Below, piece after piece: positions 29,092 to 38,131 of a stretch of 64,000 nucleotides of DNA. Positions within the stretch are counted from its first letter, which is position 1; every line of letters begins with the position of its first letter. The stretch is from Bacteroidales bacterium. GTDB lineage: Bacteria; Bacteroidota; Bacteroidia; Bacteroidales; UBA10428. Below the pieces are notes generated by a model. It was not told the DNA's origin and did no database searches. It saw nothing but the letters and a program-made list of their open reading frames with translations. Where the stretch lies: assembly GCA_016928305.1 (NCBI GenBank), contig JAFGKY010000152.1:266-64265 (forward strand), written 5' to 3'. Position numbers and translations under genes: made by a program.

Positions 29092-31728
29092 ATGAATTCC
29101 ACATCCATACGTAAAAAGTATCTTGATTTCTTCCGCTCAAAGGGGCATGAAATAGTTTCATCGGCACCAATGGTTATTAAGGACGATCCGACATTAATGT
29201 TTACCAATGCAGGTATGAATCAGTTTAAAGATATATTTCTCGGAACAAATCCGGTGAAATTCCCTCGAATAGCTAATTCTCAAAAATGCCTCAGGGTTTC
29301 GGGAAAACATAATGATCTGGAAGAAGTCGGGCATGACGGATACCACCATACCATGTTTGAAATGTTAGGAAACTGGTCTTTTGGTGATTACTTTAAGAAA
29401 GAAGCTATCGACTGGGCATGGGAACTGTTGGTTAAGGAATTCGGCATTCCCCGTGAAAGGCTTTATGCAACTGTGTTTGAGGGCTCCGTTGACGAGTCCA
29501 TTGAAAAAGACGAAGAGGCCTGTAAATATTGGAAGCAATACCTGGATGAAGATCACATCCTTATGGGGTCAAGAAAAGATAATTTCTGGGAGATGGGTGA
29601 TTCGGGTCCATGCGGACCTTGCTCTGAGATACATATCGATATGCGGCAGGATAGCGAACGCAAAAAGTTAAACGGTCGTGAACTGGTAAATAAAGGTAAT
29701 CATCTCGTTATTGAAATCTGGAACCTTGTTTTTATCCAGTATAACCGCAGGGTAACCGGCGAACTTGAACTGTTACCGAAAAAACATGTTGATACCGGCA
29801 TGGGCTTTGAACGTTTATGCATGGTTCTTCAACAGAAGACCTCGAATTATGATACCGACATATTTCAACCGGTCATCCGGCAGATTTCGACACTATGTGG
29901 CAGTGAATACGGTTCGGATCAAAAACCTGACATCGCCATGCGTGTTATATCCGATCACCTGAGGGCTATTGCATTTGCCATTGCTGATGGTCAACTACCT
30001 TCCAATACCAGAGCAGGATACGTTATACGCAGGATACTTCGCAGGGCTGTGCGGTATTATTTTACGTACCTTAATCAAAGGCGGCCATTCATGTTTAAGC
30101 TTATTCCGGCCCTGGTATCCGCCATGGGAGATTCATTTCCCGAACTTCAGGGACAGCAACAACTGATTGAGAAAGTGATCCGCGAGGAAGAACTGTCTTT
30201 TCTCCGCACCATTGAAAGTGGTATTAAAAAGCTTGATCAGGTGATTGGTGAGACAAAAGCCGGTAATAAACAAACAATCAGCGGCAAACTGGCTTTTGAA
30301 CTGTATGATACCTATGGATTTCCACTGGACCTTACGGAACTTATCCTGAAAGAACAAAACATGATGGTGAACCAACGTGAGTTCAATGACGAGATGAATA
30401 AACAGCGTGAGCGGTCGAAATCAGCTGCTGCTGTTGATACAGAAGACTGGATCGTCCTGAAGGAAGGAGTGGAAGAACAGCAATTTGTCGGGTATGAGCA
30501 AACTACCGCCAACGTTACCATTACACGATACCGTAAAGTAAAATCCAGAGATGGAATAGTTTATCACCTGGTATTTGACAAAACTCCATTTTACGCAGAA
30601 AGCGGTGGACAAGTGGGTGATCGGGGATATATTACCGACGGCCAAACTCGCATTCCTGTGATGAATACGCTGAAAGAACATAATCTTAACATCCACCTGG
30701 TCAAAAAGCTTCCGCCGGATATAACTGCTTCAATACAGGCTTGTGTGGATGCGGATGCCCGGAATGATACAGCTAAAAACCATTCAGCCACACACCTGTT
30801 GCATTATGCCCTCCGGAAGGTACTGGGAAATCATGTTGAACAAAAGGGATCACTGGTACACCCGGATTATTTAAGATTTGATTTTTCCCATTTTCAGAAA
30901 GTCACACGCGAAGAAATTATAAAGACGGAGTTATTGGTAAATGATATGATACAAAACAACCACGTTGCACGTATTCAGGAGGAAACTTATGAAGATGCAA
31001 GGAAAGCAGGAGCCATGGCCCTTTTTGGAGAGAAATACGGTGATCGTGTAAGGGTGGTCAGGTTTGGAAATTCTGCGGAGCTGTGTGGCGGAACTCACGT
31101 TGAGAACACCTGTAAGATCGGTCACTTTAAAATTGTGTCCGAAAGTTCAATTGCAGCAGGTATCAGACGTATTGAAGCTATAACCGGACGAAAATATGGA
31201 CAATTTGCAGAAAAACAGGAATCGACTATCCGTGAACTGAATGAATTGCTGGGGAATCCACCTGACCTTGTAAAGGCGGTTAAAATCCTGCTGGAGGAGA
31301 AGGCTGCAATTCAGAAAAAGATGGAATTATTTAACCAGCAGCAAGTCAATACCACTAAAACCATGCTCTTAAGTCAATCCAGGAAAATGGATGAGGTCCA
31401 TCTTGTTTTCGGAGAGACAACCTTGCTCGATTCGGCTGAAGCGGTTAAGGACACTGCTTTTCAGCTGAGAGCACAAGTTGATAACCTTTTTCTGGTTTTG
31501 GGTTCGGTGATTGACGGAAAGCCATTGCTAACCGTAATGATAGCTGATAAACTGGTCAAGGAGAAAAATCTGAATGCTGCTGAAATTGTTAAGCAGGCGG
31601 CTAAAGAGATACAGGGTGGAGGAGGAGGACAGCCTTTTTATGCTACTGCAGGTGGTAAAAATCCGGAAGGATTGTCAAGGGCCATTGAAAAGGCAGTCGG
31701 ATTTGTTTTGAATGTTACGAACCGATAG
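29092..31728 (+). CDS. alaS: Alanine--tRNA ligase
   Basis: The ATG at 29092 gives MNSTSIRKKYLDFFRSKGHEIVSSAPMVIKDDPTLMFTNAGMNQFKD, the canonical AlaRS N-terminus. The editing-domain HxxxH motif (HSATHLLH) and the C-terminal GGGG motif are present. Confidence 0.95.
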   Translation: MNSTSIRKKYLDFFRSKGHEIVSSAPMVIKDDPTLMFTNAGMNQFKDIFLGTNPVKFPRIANSQKCLRVSGKHNDLEEVGHDGYHHTMFEMLGNWSFGDYFKKEAIDWAWELLVKEFGIPRERLYATVFEGSVDESIEKDEEACKYWKQYLDEDHILMGSRKDNFWEMGDSGPCGPCSEIHIDMRQDSERKKLNGRELVNKGNHLVIEIWNLVFIQYNRRVTGELELLPKKHVDTGMGFERLCMVLQQKTSNYDTDIFQPVIRQISTLCGSEYGSDQKPDIAMRVISDHLRAIAFAIADGQLPSNTRAGYVIRRILRRAVRYYFTYLNQRRPFMFKLIPALVSAMGDSFPELQGQQQLIEKVIREEELSFLRTIESGIKKLDQVIGETKAGNKQTISGKLAFELYDTYGFPLDLTELILKEQNMMVNQREFNDEMNKQRERSKSAAAVDTEDWIVLKEGVEEQQFVGYEQTTANVTITRYRKVKSRDGIVYHLVFDKTPFYAESGGQVGDRGYITDGQTRIPVMNTLKEHNLNIHLVKKLPPDITASIQACVDADARNDTAKNHSATHLLHYALRKVLGNHVEQKGSLVHPDYLRFDFSHFQKVTREEIIKTELLVNDMIQNNHVARIQEETYEDARKAGAMALFGEKYGDRVRVVRFGNSAELCGGTHVENTCKIGHFKIVSESSIAAGIRRIEAITGRKYGQFAEKQESTIRELNELLGNPPDLVKAVKILLEEKAAIQKKMELFNQQQVNTTKTMLLSQSRKMDEVHLVFGETTLLDSAEAVKDTAFQLRAQVDNLFLVLGSVIDGKPLLTVMIADKLVKEKNLNAAEIVKQAAKEIQGGGGGQPFYATAGGKNPEGLSRAIEKAVGFVLNVTNR

Positions 31729-31867
31729 TACAACATGAAAAAACAGCTCCCGCAAAATAAACAGCCTATCAGGTGATCATTAAAAGTATGTCTTTATATG
31801 GCTCAGGATCAGGCGTGAAGATTTTTGATTCCCTGTATCCCAGTTCCATTTTCCTCACAGATACTTT

Positions 31868-32713
31868 CTAAGCAGGCTTAATTGACCGATGTTGCCAGAA
31901 AGCCTCGATGCCCGTTGACGTAATCAGGCTTTTCACTACCTGTATATCAATAGCAATGCCGATACCGTTACCCGAAGATTTATATATTTCGTTAGAAAGC
32001 TGCTTGATCTGTTTTTGCCAGGCGATTAATACCTGAATGGGATCAACACCCTTTATGTCTATCTCGCCCTGTGCTTTTTCCAGCATTTTAATATTCGATT
32101 TAATGATCTCAACCATCTGTTCATAAGCCTTGTTCTTGACGTCAAGTTTATATCCAATAATTCCTATAACTTCTTGTGTTTCAAGATCAATTAATGGACT
32201 GCCGGAATTACCCCACATGACCGATCCGTCAAATTGCAGATACCGGACCTCATTATGAAAAACAAAAGTCGAGAGAATTCCTGATTTGATGGTCAGGTTG
32301 GGATTATCATATTGAAATCCCATTACTGCAACCGGTTGTCCGATTGCAATGGATTCGTTGTTTGCCAAAGGTAACGAGGGTATCGCTTCAAAATCCATGT
32401 CCGTTGTACTGATTATTGTAAAACCTGTGATTTCTTCATCGTAGGAGGTTATCAGTACATCGTCAAAATCATGTTGCGTAAGCCGTGCTGTTGCCGAAGG
32501 AGTAAATCCGTCATCCGCAACAAAAGTAATTTCTGCAATCTCATAGGAATGAGGCTTATTAACCAGATCGCTGGTGAAAATATAATTACCGGCTTTGAAT
32601 CCGGTAACGGAAAGAATTTCAATACCGTTGCTGTTAATGAAACGAATAGAACATACTGATTTACAGCTTTTTCGCCAGATGCTTTTGTAGAGTTTCAACA
32701 TAAATCCGATCAC
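31868..32713 (-). CDS. Orphan cytoplasmic trypsin-fold (Trypsin_2-like) protein, possibly catalytically degenerate
   Basis: 281-aa ORF with a GTG at 32713 or an ATG at 32701, and no signal peptide. The Ser motif GNSGSPL is present. The canonical TNxHV His motif reads TSDLV. Confidence 0.6.
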   Translation of the reverse strand: MIGFMLKLYKSIWRKSCKSVCSIRFINSNGIEILSVTGFKAGNYIFTSDLVNKPHSYEIAEITFVADDGFTPSATARLTQHDFDDVLITSYDEEITGFTIISTTDMDFEAIPSLPLANNESIAIGQPVAVMGFQYDNPNLTIKSGILSTFVFHNEVRYLQFDGSVMWGNSGSPLIDLETQEVIGIIGYKLDVKNKAYEQMVEIIKSNIKMLEKAQGEIDIKGVDPIQVLIAWQKQIKQLSNEIYKSSGNGIGIAIDIQVVKSLITSTGIEAFWQHRSIKPA

Positions 32714-32780
32714 AGTGGGTTTCTGTGCAAAAAAACAAAAAATTTCCGTTTATTTGGTTATTATTCGGCAGGATTTTGCA

Positions 32781-32788
32781 CAAATATA
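32781..32788 (-). promoter_or_regulatory. Bacteroidota -7 box TATATTTG
   Basis: Exact TAnnTTTG match on the minus strand, about 70-80 nt upstream of the trypsin-fold gene. Confidence 0.4.
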
Positions 32789-32846
32789 GCACATTTCAAT
32801 TCGTGTCAGTCTAATTAGAATGTATTCAGCTTATTAGAAAAAGGAG

Positions 32847-32878
32847 TAAAAAAAACCAGGAATCGTGAGATTCCTGGT
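32847..32878 (-). terminator. Strong rho-independent terminator (minus strand)
   Basis: ACCAGGAATC (32855-32864) and GATTCCTGGT (32869-32878) form a perfect 10-bp stem with a GTGA tetraloop. A run of eight T follows on the minus strand. Confidence 0.6.
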
Positions 32879-33122
32879 ACCAAAAACCCTAAAAATTAGA
32901 AAACCCTGATAATTAATTATTAACCCTAACTAAACCTAAAATCTATGAAACTAACCTGATTAATAAACGAAAAAAAATAGTGTTTGTTACAACTCAATGC
33001 TATTTTTATTAAAAATGACAAAATATATGCCAAAAGGCTGCTCAGAACGAAAAGAATTTTCGTTGTGAATGAAAAACCATTTTAAGCCGTTAACTACATT
33101 TCTGCCAATTACCGGATGCCGA

Positions 33123-33497
33123 TTACCGGTTAATGATCGCCTTATCCACCTTGAACACATCTTTAAAAGCCTGCTCAAACGCATCCTTCGGCAAAGCGCC
33201 CATCGCCATTTGAGGCTGACCATCAAGAGGAACGAACAAAATGGAAGGAATACTCTGGATGCCAAACATGGATGAAAGTTCCCCTTCTTCTTCAGTATTC
33301 ACTTTATATATATCGACTTTATCTTTATACTCTTTCGAAAGATCTTCCAATATGGGCGCTACCATTTTGCAGGGGCCACACCAGTCTGCATAAAAATCGA
33401 TCACACAGGGCTTACTCCCTTCAAACTTCCATTCCTTGTTTTTTTCGAAATTAAATACCTTGGTTTTGAATGTTTCTTTGGTCAAATGTTCTAACAT
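33123..33497 (-). CDS. trxA: Thioredoxin
   Basis: 124-aa ORF with the WCGPC active site and thioredoxin-fold pattern. Confidence 0.9.
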   Translation of the reverse strand: MLEHLTKETFKTKVFNFEKNKEWKFEGSKPCVIDFYADWCGPCKMVAPILEDLSKEYKDKVDIYKVNTEEEGELSSMFGIQSIPSILFVPLDGQPQMAMGALPKDAFEQAFKDVFKVDKAIINR

Positions 33498-33599
33498 AGC
33501 TTTACTCTTTTTTAAAATGAAAATTCCGGAATAAAATTAACAAATAATATACCATCATATAAATTAAACCTATCCGCATACGAAAAGTTTAAATAATAG

Positions 33600-33607
33600 T
33601 AATTTTG
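33600..33607 (+). promoter_or_regulatory. Bacteroidota -7 box TAATTTTG
   Basis: Exact TAnnTTTG match, 33 nt upstream of the ATG at 33640. Confidence 0.4.
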
Positions 33608-33639
33608 TCAGAGAAAATAACATATTGTCATATATAAAT

Positions 33640-35058
33640 ATGAATATATGTCTTAAAAATAAAATGTTTTCTATTATTTCGGATATTGTATCGGGCAAGA
33701 ATTTGCCGTGTTTTGTTATCGGTGGTTATGTGCGTGACATACTACTGAAAAGGGATTCGAAAGATATTGATATCGTTGTTCTTGGTAGTGGCATCGAACT
33801 GGCGAAGGAAGTTGCCCGACGGATAGGTCGCGGTACGAATGTTAACATTTTCAGGAATTTCGGGACAGCCATGTTGCGATATAAAAATCTTGAAATTGAA
33901 TTTGTCGGAGCGCGAAAGGAATCCTATCGCAGGGATTCACGAAAGCCGGTTGTTGAAAACGGAACCCTTGAAGATGACCAGAAAAGGCGTGATTTTACCA
34001 TCAATACACTGGCTGTATCACTGAACAAGGCAACATATGGCGAACTTGTTGATCCGTTTAACGGCCTTAACGACCTTAAGCATAAAATTATCCGCACACC
34101 CCTTGATCCGGATCTGACCTATTCGGACGATCCCCTGCGGATGATGAGGGCTATCCGGTTCGCCAGCCAGTTGAATTTTAACATTGAAGAGCAGTCTCTT
34201 GAATCAATTACCCGTAACCGTGAACGGATAACCATTATTTCATGGGAAAGGATTACAGACGAGCTTAACAAAATTATGGAAGTCCGAACTCCGTCACGAG
34301 GATTCAGATTGCTTGACAAAACCGGATTATTGCCCTTGTTGTTGCCCGAGCTGTCCGCTATGAAAGGCGTTGAGGAAAAGGACGGGAAAGGACACAAAGA
34401 CAATTTTCACCACAGCCTGAAAGTGCTTGATAATCTTGCTGCCAAAAGTGATAATCTATGGTTGCGCTGGGCCGCTTTGTTGCACGACATCGGAAAACCA
34501 GCCACAAAAAAATATTCAGATGAACAGGGATGGACTTTTTACGGACATGATTTTATTGGTTCAAAAATGATCCCGGTTCTTTTCAACCGGCTCAGATTGC
34601 CCATGGGTCTGCCGATGAAATATGTACGGAAACTTGTTATGCTGCACCTCAGACCCATTGCACTGGCTCAGGAGGAAGTCACCGATTCGGCTGTGCGCAG
34701 GCTTCTTTTTGAGGCAGGAGATGATATCGATGACCTGATGAACCTTTGCGAATCTGATATTACTTCCAAAAACGATGTGAAAGTCAAACGATACCTGAAT
34801 AATTTTAAACTGGTGAGGCAAAAACTCATCGAAATTGAAGAGAAAGACAAGATACGTAATTTCCAACCTCCTATAGATGGAGAACTCATCATGAAAACAT
34901 TTAACCTGAAACCATGCAGGGAAGTCGGAATGATAAAAAAAACCATAAAAGATGCTATTCTTGACGGGGTTATCGGGAACAACTATCAGGAAGCTTATAA
35001 ACTTATGCTTGATAAGGCTGCTGAGATGGGACTGAAAATCAAAAAAACAAGAGTATAG
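33640..35058 (+). CDS. tRNA nucleotidyltransferase (CCA-adding/polyA polymerase family) with HD domain
   Basis: Motifs are GGYVRD, RRDFTIN and the HD motif HHSLKVLD...LHDIGKP. The start is ambiguous among TTG 33625, ATG 33640 and ATG 33664. Confidence 0.85.
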   Translation: MNICLKNKMFSIISDIVSGKNLPCFVIGGYVRDILLKRDSKDIDIVVLGSGIELAKEVARRIGRGTNVNIFRNFGTAMLRYKNLEIEFVGARKESYRRDSRKPVVENGTLEDDQKRRDFTINTLAVSLNKATYGELVDPFNGLNDLKHKIIRTPLDPDLTYSDDPLRMMRAIRFASQLNFNIEEQSLESITRNRERITIISWERITDELNKIMEVRTPSRGFRLLDKTGLLPLLLPELSAMKGVEEKDGKGHKDNFHHSLKVLDNLAAKSDNLWLRWAALLHDIGKPATKKYSDEQGWTFYGHDFIGSKMIPVLFNRLRLPMGLPMKYVRKLVMLHLRPIALAQEEVTDSAVRRLLFEAGDDIDDLMNLCESDITSKNDVKVKRYLNNFKLVRQKLIEIEEKDKIRNFQPPIDGELIMKTFNLKPCREVGMIKKTIKDAILDGVIGNNYQEAYKLMLDKAAEMGLKIKKTRV

Positions 35059-35122
35059 TTTTATTGTTGGTAACAGGCTGATAAAAATGTGCATTACATT
35101 AACAAAGACAACAAAGAAATAC

Positions 35123-38110
35123 TCAGCTCAGTAATTCCAATATCTGCTCTGTGGTGATATCTTTCAGCGAACTGTTGCTGCCGGTAAAAACCTCGGCCAG
35201 TTGCGATTTTTTTTCCTGCAGTTTCAGGATCTTTTCTTCGATGGTATCCCTGGAAATGAAACGGTAAATGAACACATTTTTCTCCTGGCCGATTCGATGG
35301 GCACGGCTTAGGGCCTGTTCCTCCACGGCAGGATTCCACCACGGATCAAGCAGGAACACATAGTCGGCAGCGGTTAGGTTAAGTCCGAACCCGCCTGCCT
35401 TAATGGAAATAAAGAACAAACGCATGTCCTCATCTTGCTGAAAAGCCTCTATGATATCCTGCCGTTTTCTGGTTTCACCGGTGAGCAGTTTGTAAGGTAT
35501 TCCGTTCGCATCACAATGGTCGGTGAAGAGCTTAAGATGCTTTACAAACGATGAAAATACCAGCGCTTTGTGTCCTTCTGCCAGCACATTTTCCAGGTTA
35601 TCCAGTATGATGTCGTATTTTCCCGATCCGGCTACGTAAGTTTCATCTACCAGCAGCGGATGACTGGCGATCTGCCTCAGCCGGGTGAGTGATTGCAGAA
35701 TTAAAATGGCTGATTTTTCGAATCCCAGGTTTTTAATATTATCAAGGATAAGGTTACGTACTTTCGATTTTTCCGACTCGTAAAAATTGTTCTGATCTTC
35801 CGACATGTCACACCAGATCATTTGTTCCATTATTTCAGGAAGCTCGGGGGCCACTTCTTTTTTTGTCCTGCGTAGAATAAAAGGTTTAATTATGGTTTGC
35901 AAGGTAAGTTTCTGATGCTGGTCTTCTTCCTTTTCAATGGGTGTTACAAATTCATTCCGGAAGAATTCAAATGTTCCCAAAAGACCGGGATTCAGGAAGT
36001 TCATTTGAGCCCACAGATCGGTCAGTGAATTTTCAATGGGAGTGCCGGTAAGCACAATGCGGTGTGAAGCCTGCAGCCGGCTCACTGCTTTGTATGTTTT
36101 TGAATGAGGATTTTTAATAACCTGACTTTCGTCCAGAGCAACATATAAAAATGAGTATTGTTCCAGTTCTTCACAGTCGTTGCGGACAATGCCGTAGGAA
36201 GCAATAATCAGGTCATAGGTATCGAAGCAATGTTTAAAATTCTTCCGGTTCAGTCCTCCGTAGAAGCCTGATCGTATTTCGGGCGCAAACCTGCTGATTT
36301 CGTTAAGCCAGTTGTGCACCAGTGATGTTGGTACGATTACCAGAGAAGGTTTTGTTTTAACTGAGCAGACAGGCAAAGCGTCAAATATGGTCATTTGCCG
36401 CTCATACTTTGAGGATACCGGGCCAAAAGATTTATCCTGCTCTTTTTTTATTACCTGCTGTAAAAGGGTTAAGGTCTGCAGGGTTTTACCCAGTCCCATA
36501 TCATCGGCAAGACATCCTCCGAAACCATGACGATACAGATGAAACATCCACTGATATCCTTTTTTCTGATAGTCTCTCAGCGAGGCCATTATGCCTTCGG
36601 GCAGGTCATAATTGCTATCAATATCCGGATCATACATTTTCCGGAGTTTTCCTGCGTATGCCATAGCAAAATCCTTCAGGCTGTTTTCGAGAAGTGAAAA
36701 GTGTTGTTTGCCAAGCCTCAGGCAGTTTTCTTCAGGTGTTGAGAAGGAGATAAGGTCTTTGAACCGTGCAAACCATTCTTCAGGCAATACGATGATACAG
36801 CCATCCGGCAGGGTATATTCGCGTCGCCCTTCAAGAATATTCTGGCGGAAGTTGGTAAACGGTATCTCATATCCATCCAGTGTGACCACGGCCATAAGGT
36901 CGAACCAGTCGGCCTGCTGCTGATTAAGGTCTATCCGGAGGTCGATGGTCTTCAAGTAATATTGGTTCGTGGTTCCCTCCTGCCGGATTTCAAATCCCTG
37001 TTGCTGCAATTCCCCGCTATTGAGATTCATCCAGTTGATCAGGTCATGCATAATTGAGTAGGGTTCACATTGTTGAAGTTCAATGGGTATGAACCACGAA
37101 TCCGTATGGTTTATTAAGCCCAGTTTCAGCAGTGTTGAAATGAATCGATTTTCAAGACTATAATTTCTTACCAGCCGGTGAAAAACTACCACTCCGTTAG
37201 TCTCGGTGTAAGTTACTTTTTGATCCGTTTTTATATTAGCCGGATAGGTGGTTTTTTCATCGTACATGAAGCTGAGATTGTAGGCGGGCTTGCCATCAAG
37301 GGTCTTTTCCAGTGAAAGAACAGGCCGGGGATTCGGGATTATATCGCGGATTTCAAAGCCCTGGGCGTGTACCGTGTAATGCCGGATGCTCTTTTTAACA
37401 AAACTCTCGAAATATTTGCGCTCAGAGTCTTTTTGAATAAGTATGGATGGTTTCTCAAAGAAAGGACCCAGTTTTTTACCGTCGATATCATCAAACCGGT
37501 ATATCTTGTTTTCAAGGAAAATGGTGCAGGGTTCGTTGGTAAGCACATAGGCTCCCTTCCGGTTCAACTTTATCTCATCTTCTCCGTAACGGATGGTCAG
37601 AAAATACTTCAATCCTTCCTGAATTTTATGAAAATTAAAGATCACTGAAGCTTTTTCGTCTGTAATAGTTATACGATCGGACTCATAGACATTATGCAAT
37701 TGCTTCTTCTGATAAACCGGTATATCATTTCCAGTCAGGATCTCGATACAGCGGAGTATCCTTTTTTCCACATAGGGACGCAGCTGATGTGCATAAAAAT
37801 CCGTACTGACAGAGGCAAAAAAATCCTGAATGCCAACCTTCTTTTTTGAGAATGTTTTCAGCAGCTGATAATCGCAGTATTCTTCAACGATGCGGATAAT
37901 ATCAATGCGGTCCTTATCCAGCATCGGTTTGTACTGATCCTGGTTGGCGCTGGAAATCCGGTCAGAAACTGTAAAGAACTCCTTGCCTTGAACCCGGGTC
38001 AATAGTATGGGTTGGAATACATATCCCATAACCCGGTGATGTGTCAGCGCAATGGCAAATCTTCCGTTCATCCTGCAAATATGCAGAAAATTATTGAAGA
38101 GACGTTGCAT
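35123..38110 (-). CDS. SNF2-family helicase (RapA/HepA-like) with long N-terminal domain
   Basis: Motifs are LADDMGLGKT, DESQVIKN and the helicase-C motif LLDPWWNPAVEEQALSRAHRIGQ. The ATG at 38110 lies in the centre of a 24-nt palindrome. An alternative ATG at 38071 begins MNGRFAIAL. Confidence 0.85.
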   Translation of the reverse strand: MQRLFNNFLHICRMNGRFAIALTHHRVMGYVFQPILLTRVQGKEFFTVSDRISSANQDQYKPMLDKDRIDIIRIVEEYCDYQLLKTFSKKKVGIQDFFASVSTDFYAHQLRPYVEKRILRCIEILTGNDIPVYQKKQLHNVYESDRITITDEKASVIFNFHKIQEGLKYFLTIRYGEDEIKLNRKGAYVLTNEPCTIFLENKIYRFDDIDGKKLGPFFEKPSILIQKDSERKYFESFVKKSIRHYTVHAQGFEIRDIIPNPRPVLSLEKTLDGKPAYNLSFMYDEKTTYPANIKTDQKVTYTETNGVVVFHRLVRNYSLENRFISTLLKLGLINHTDSWFIPIELQQCEPYSIMHDLINWMNLNSGELQQQGFEIRQEGTTNQYYLKTIDLRIDLNQQQADWFDLMAVVTLDGYEIPFTNFRQNILEGRREYTLPDGCIIVLPEEWFARFKDLISFSTPEENCLRLGKQHFSLLENSLKDFAMAYAGKLRKMYDPDIDSNYDLPEGIMASLRDYQKKGYQWMFHLYRHGFGGCLADDMGLGKTLQTLTLLQQVIKKEQDKSFGPVSSKYERQMTIFDALPVCSVKTKPSLVIVPTSLVHNWLNEISRFAPEIRSGFYGGLNRKNFKHCFDTYDLIIASYGIVRNDCEELEQYSFLYVALDESQVIKNPHSKTYKAVSRLQASHRIVLTGTPIENSLTDLWAQMNFLNPGLLGTFEFFRNEFVTPIEKEEDQHQKLTLQTIIKPFILRRTKKEVAPELPEIMEQMIWCDMSEDQNNFYESEKSKVRNLILDNIKNLGFEKSAILILQSLTRLRQIASHPLLVDETYVAGSGKYDIILDNLENVLAEGHKALVFSSFVKHLKLFTDHCDANGIPYKLLTGETRKRQDIIEAFQQDEDMRLFFISIKAGGFGLNLTAADYVFLLDPWWNPAVEEQALSRAHRIGQEKNVFIYRFISRDTIEEKILKLQEKKSQLAEVFTGSNSSLKDITTEQILELLS

Positions 38111-38121
38111 GCAACGTCTCT
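38098..38121. repeat. Perfect 24-nt palindrome AGAGACGTTGCATGCAACGTCTCT
   Basis: Read directly. It lies between the EEP stop (38132) and the SNF2 start. A 21/22 identical copy lies at 43807-43828. Confidence 0.95.
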
Positions 38122-38131
38122 ACAACGGTTT

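Noticed and set aside
32881-32940. Telomere-like CCCTAA / TTAGGG words (aaccctaaaa, aaccctga, aaccctaac).
   Set aside because: These are short, irregularly spaced words in an AT-rich bacterial intergenic region, not a tandem array. I treat them only as a possible sRNA motif.
33061-33070. The recurring word CGTTGTGAA(T) at 33061(+), 44900(-) and 51471(-).
   Set aside because: A 9-10-mer seen two or three times in 128 kb of two-strand sequence is only mildly unexpected. The contexts differ and no shared architecture is apparent.
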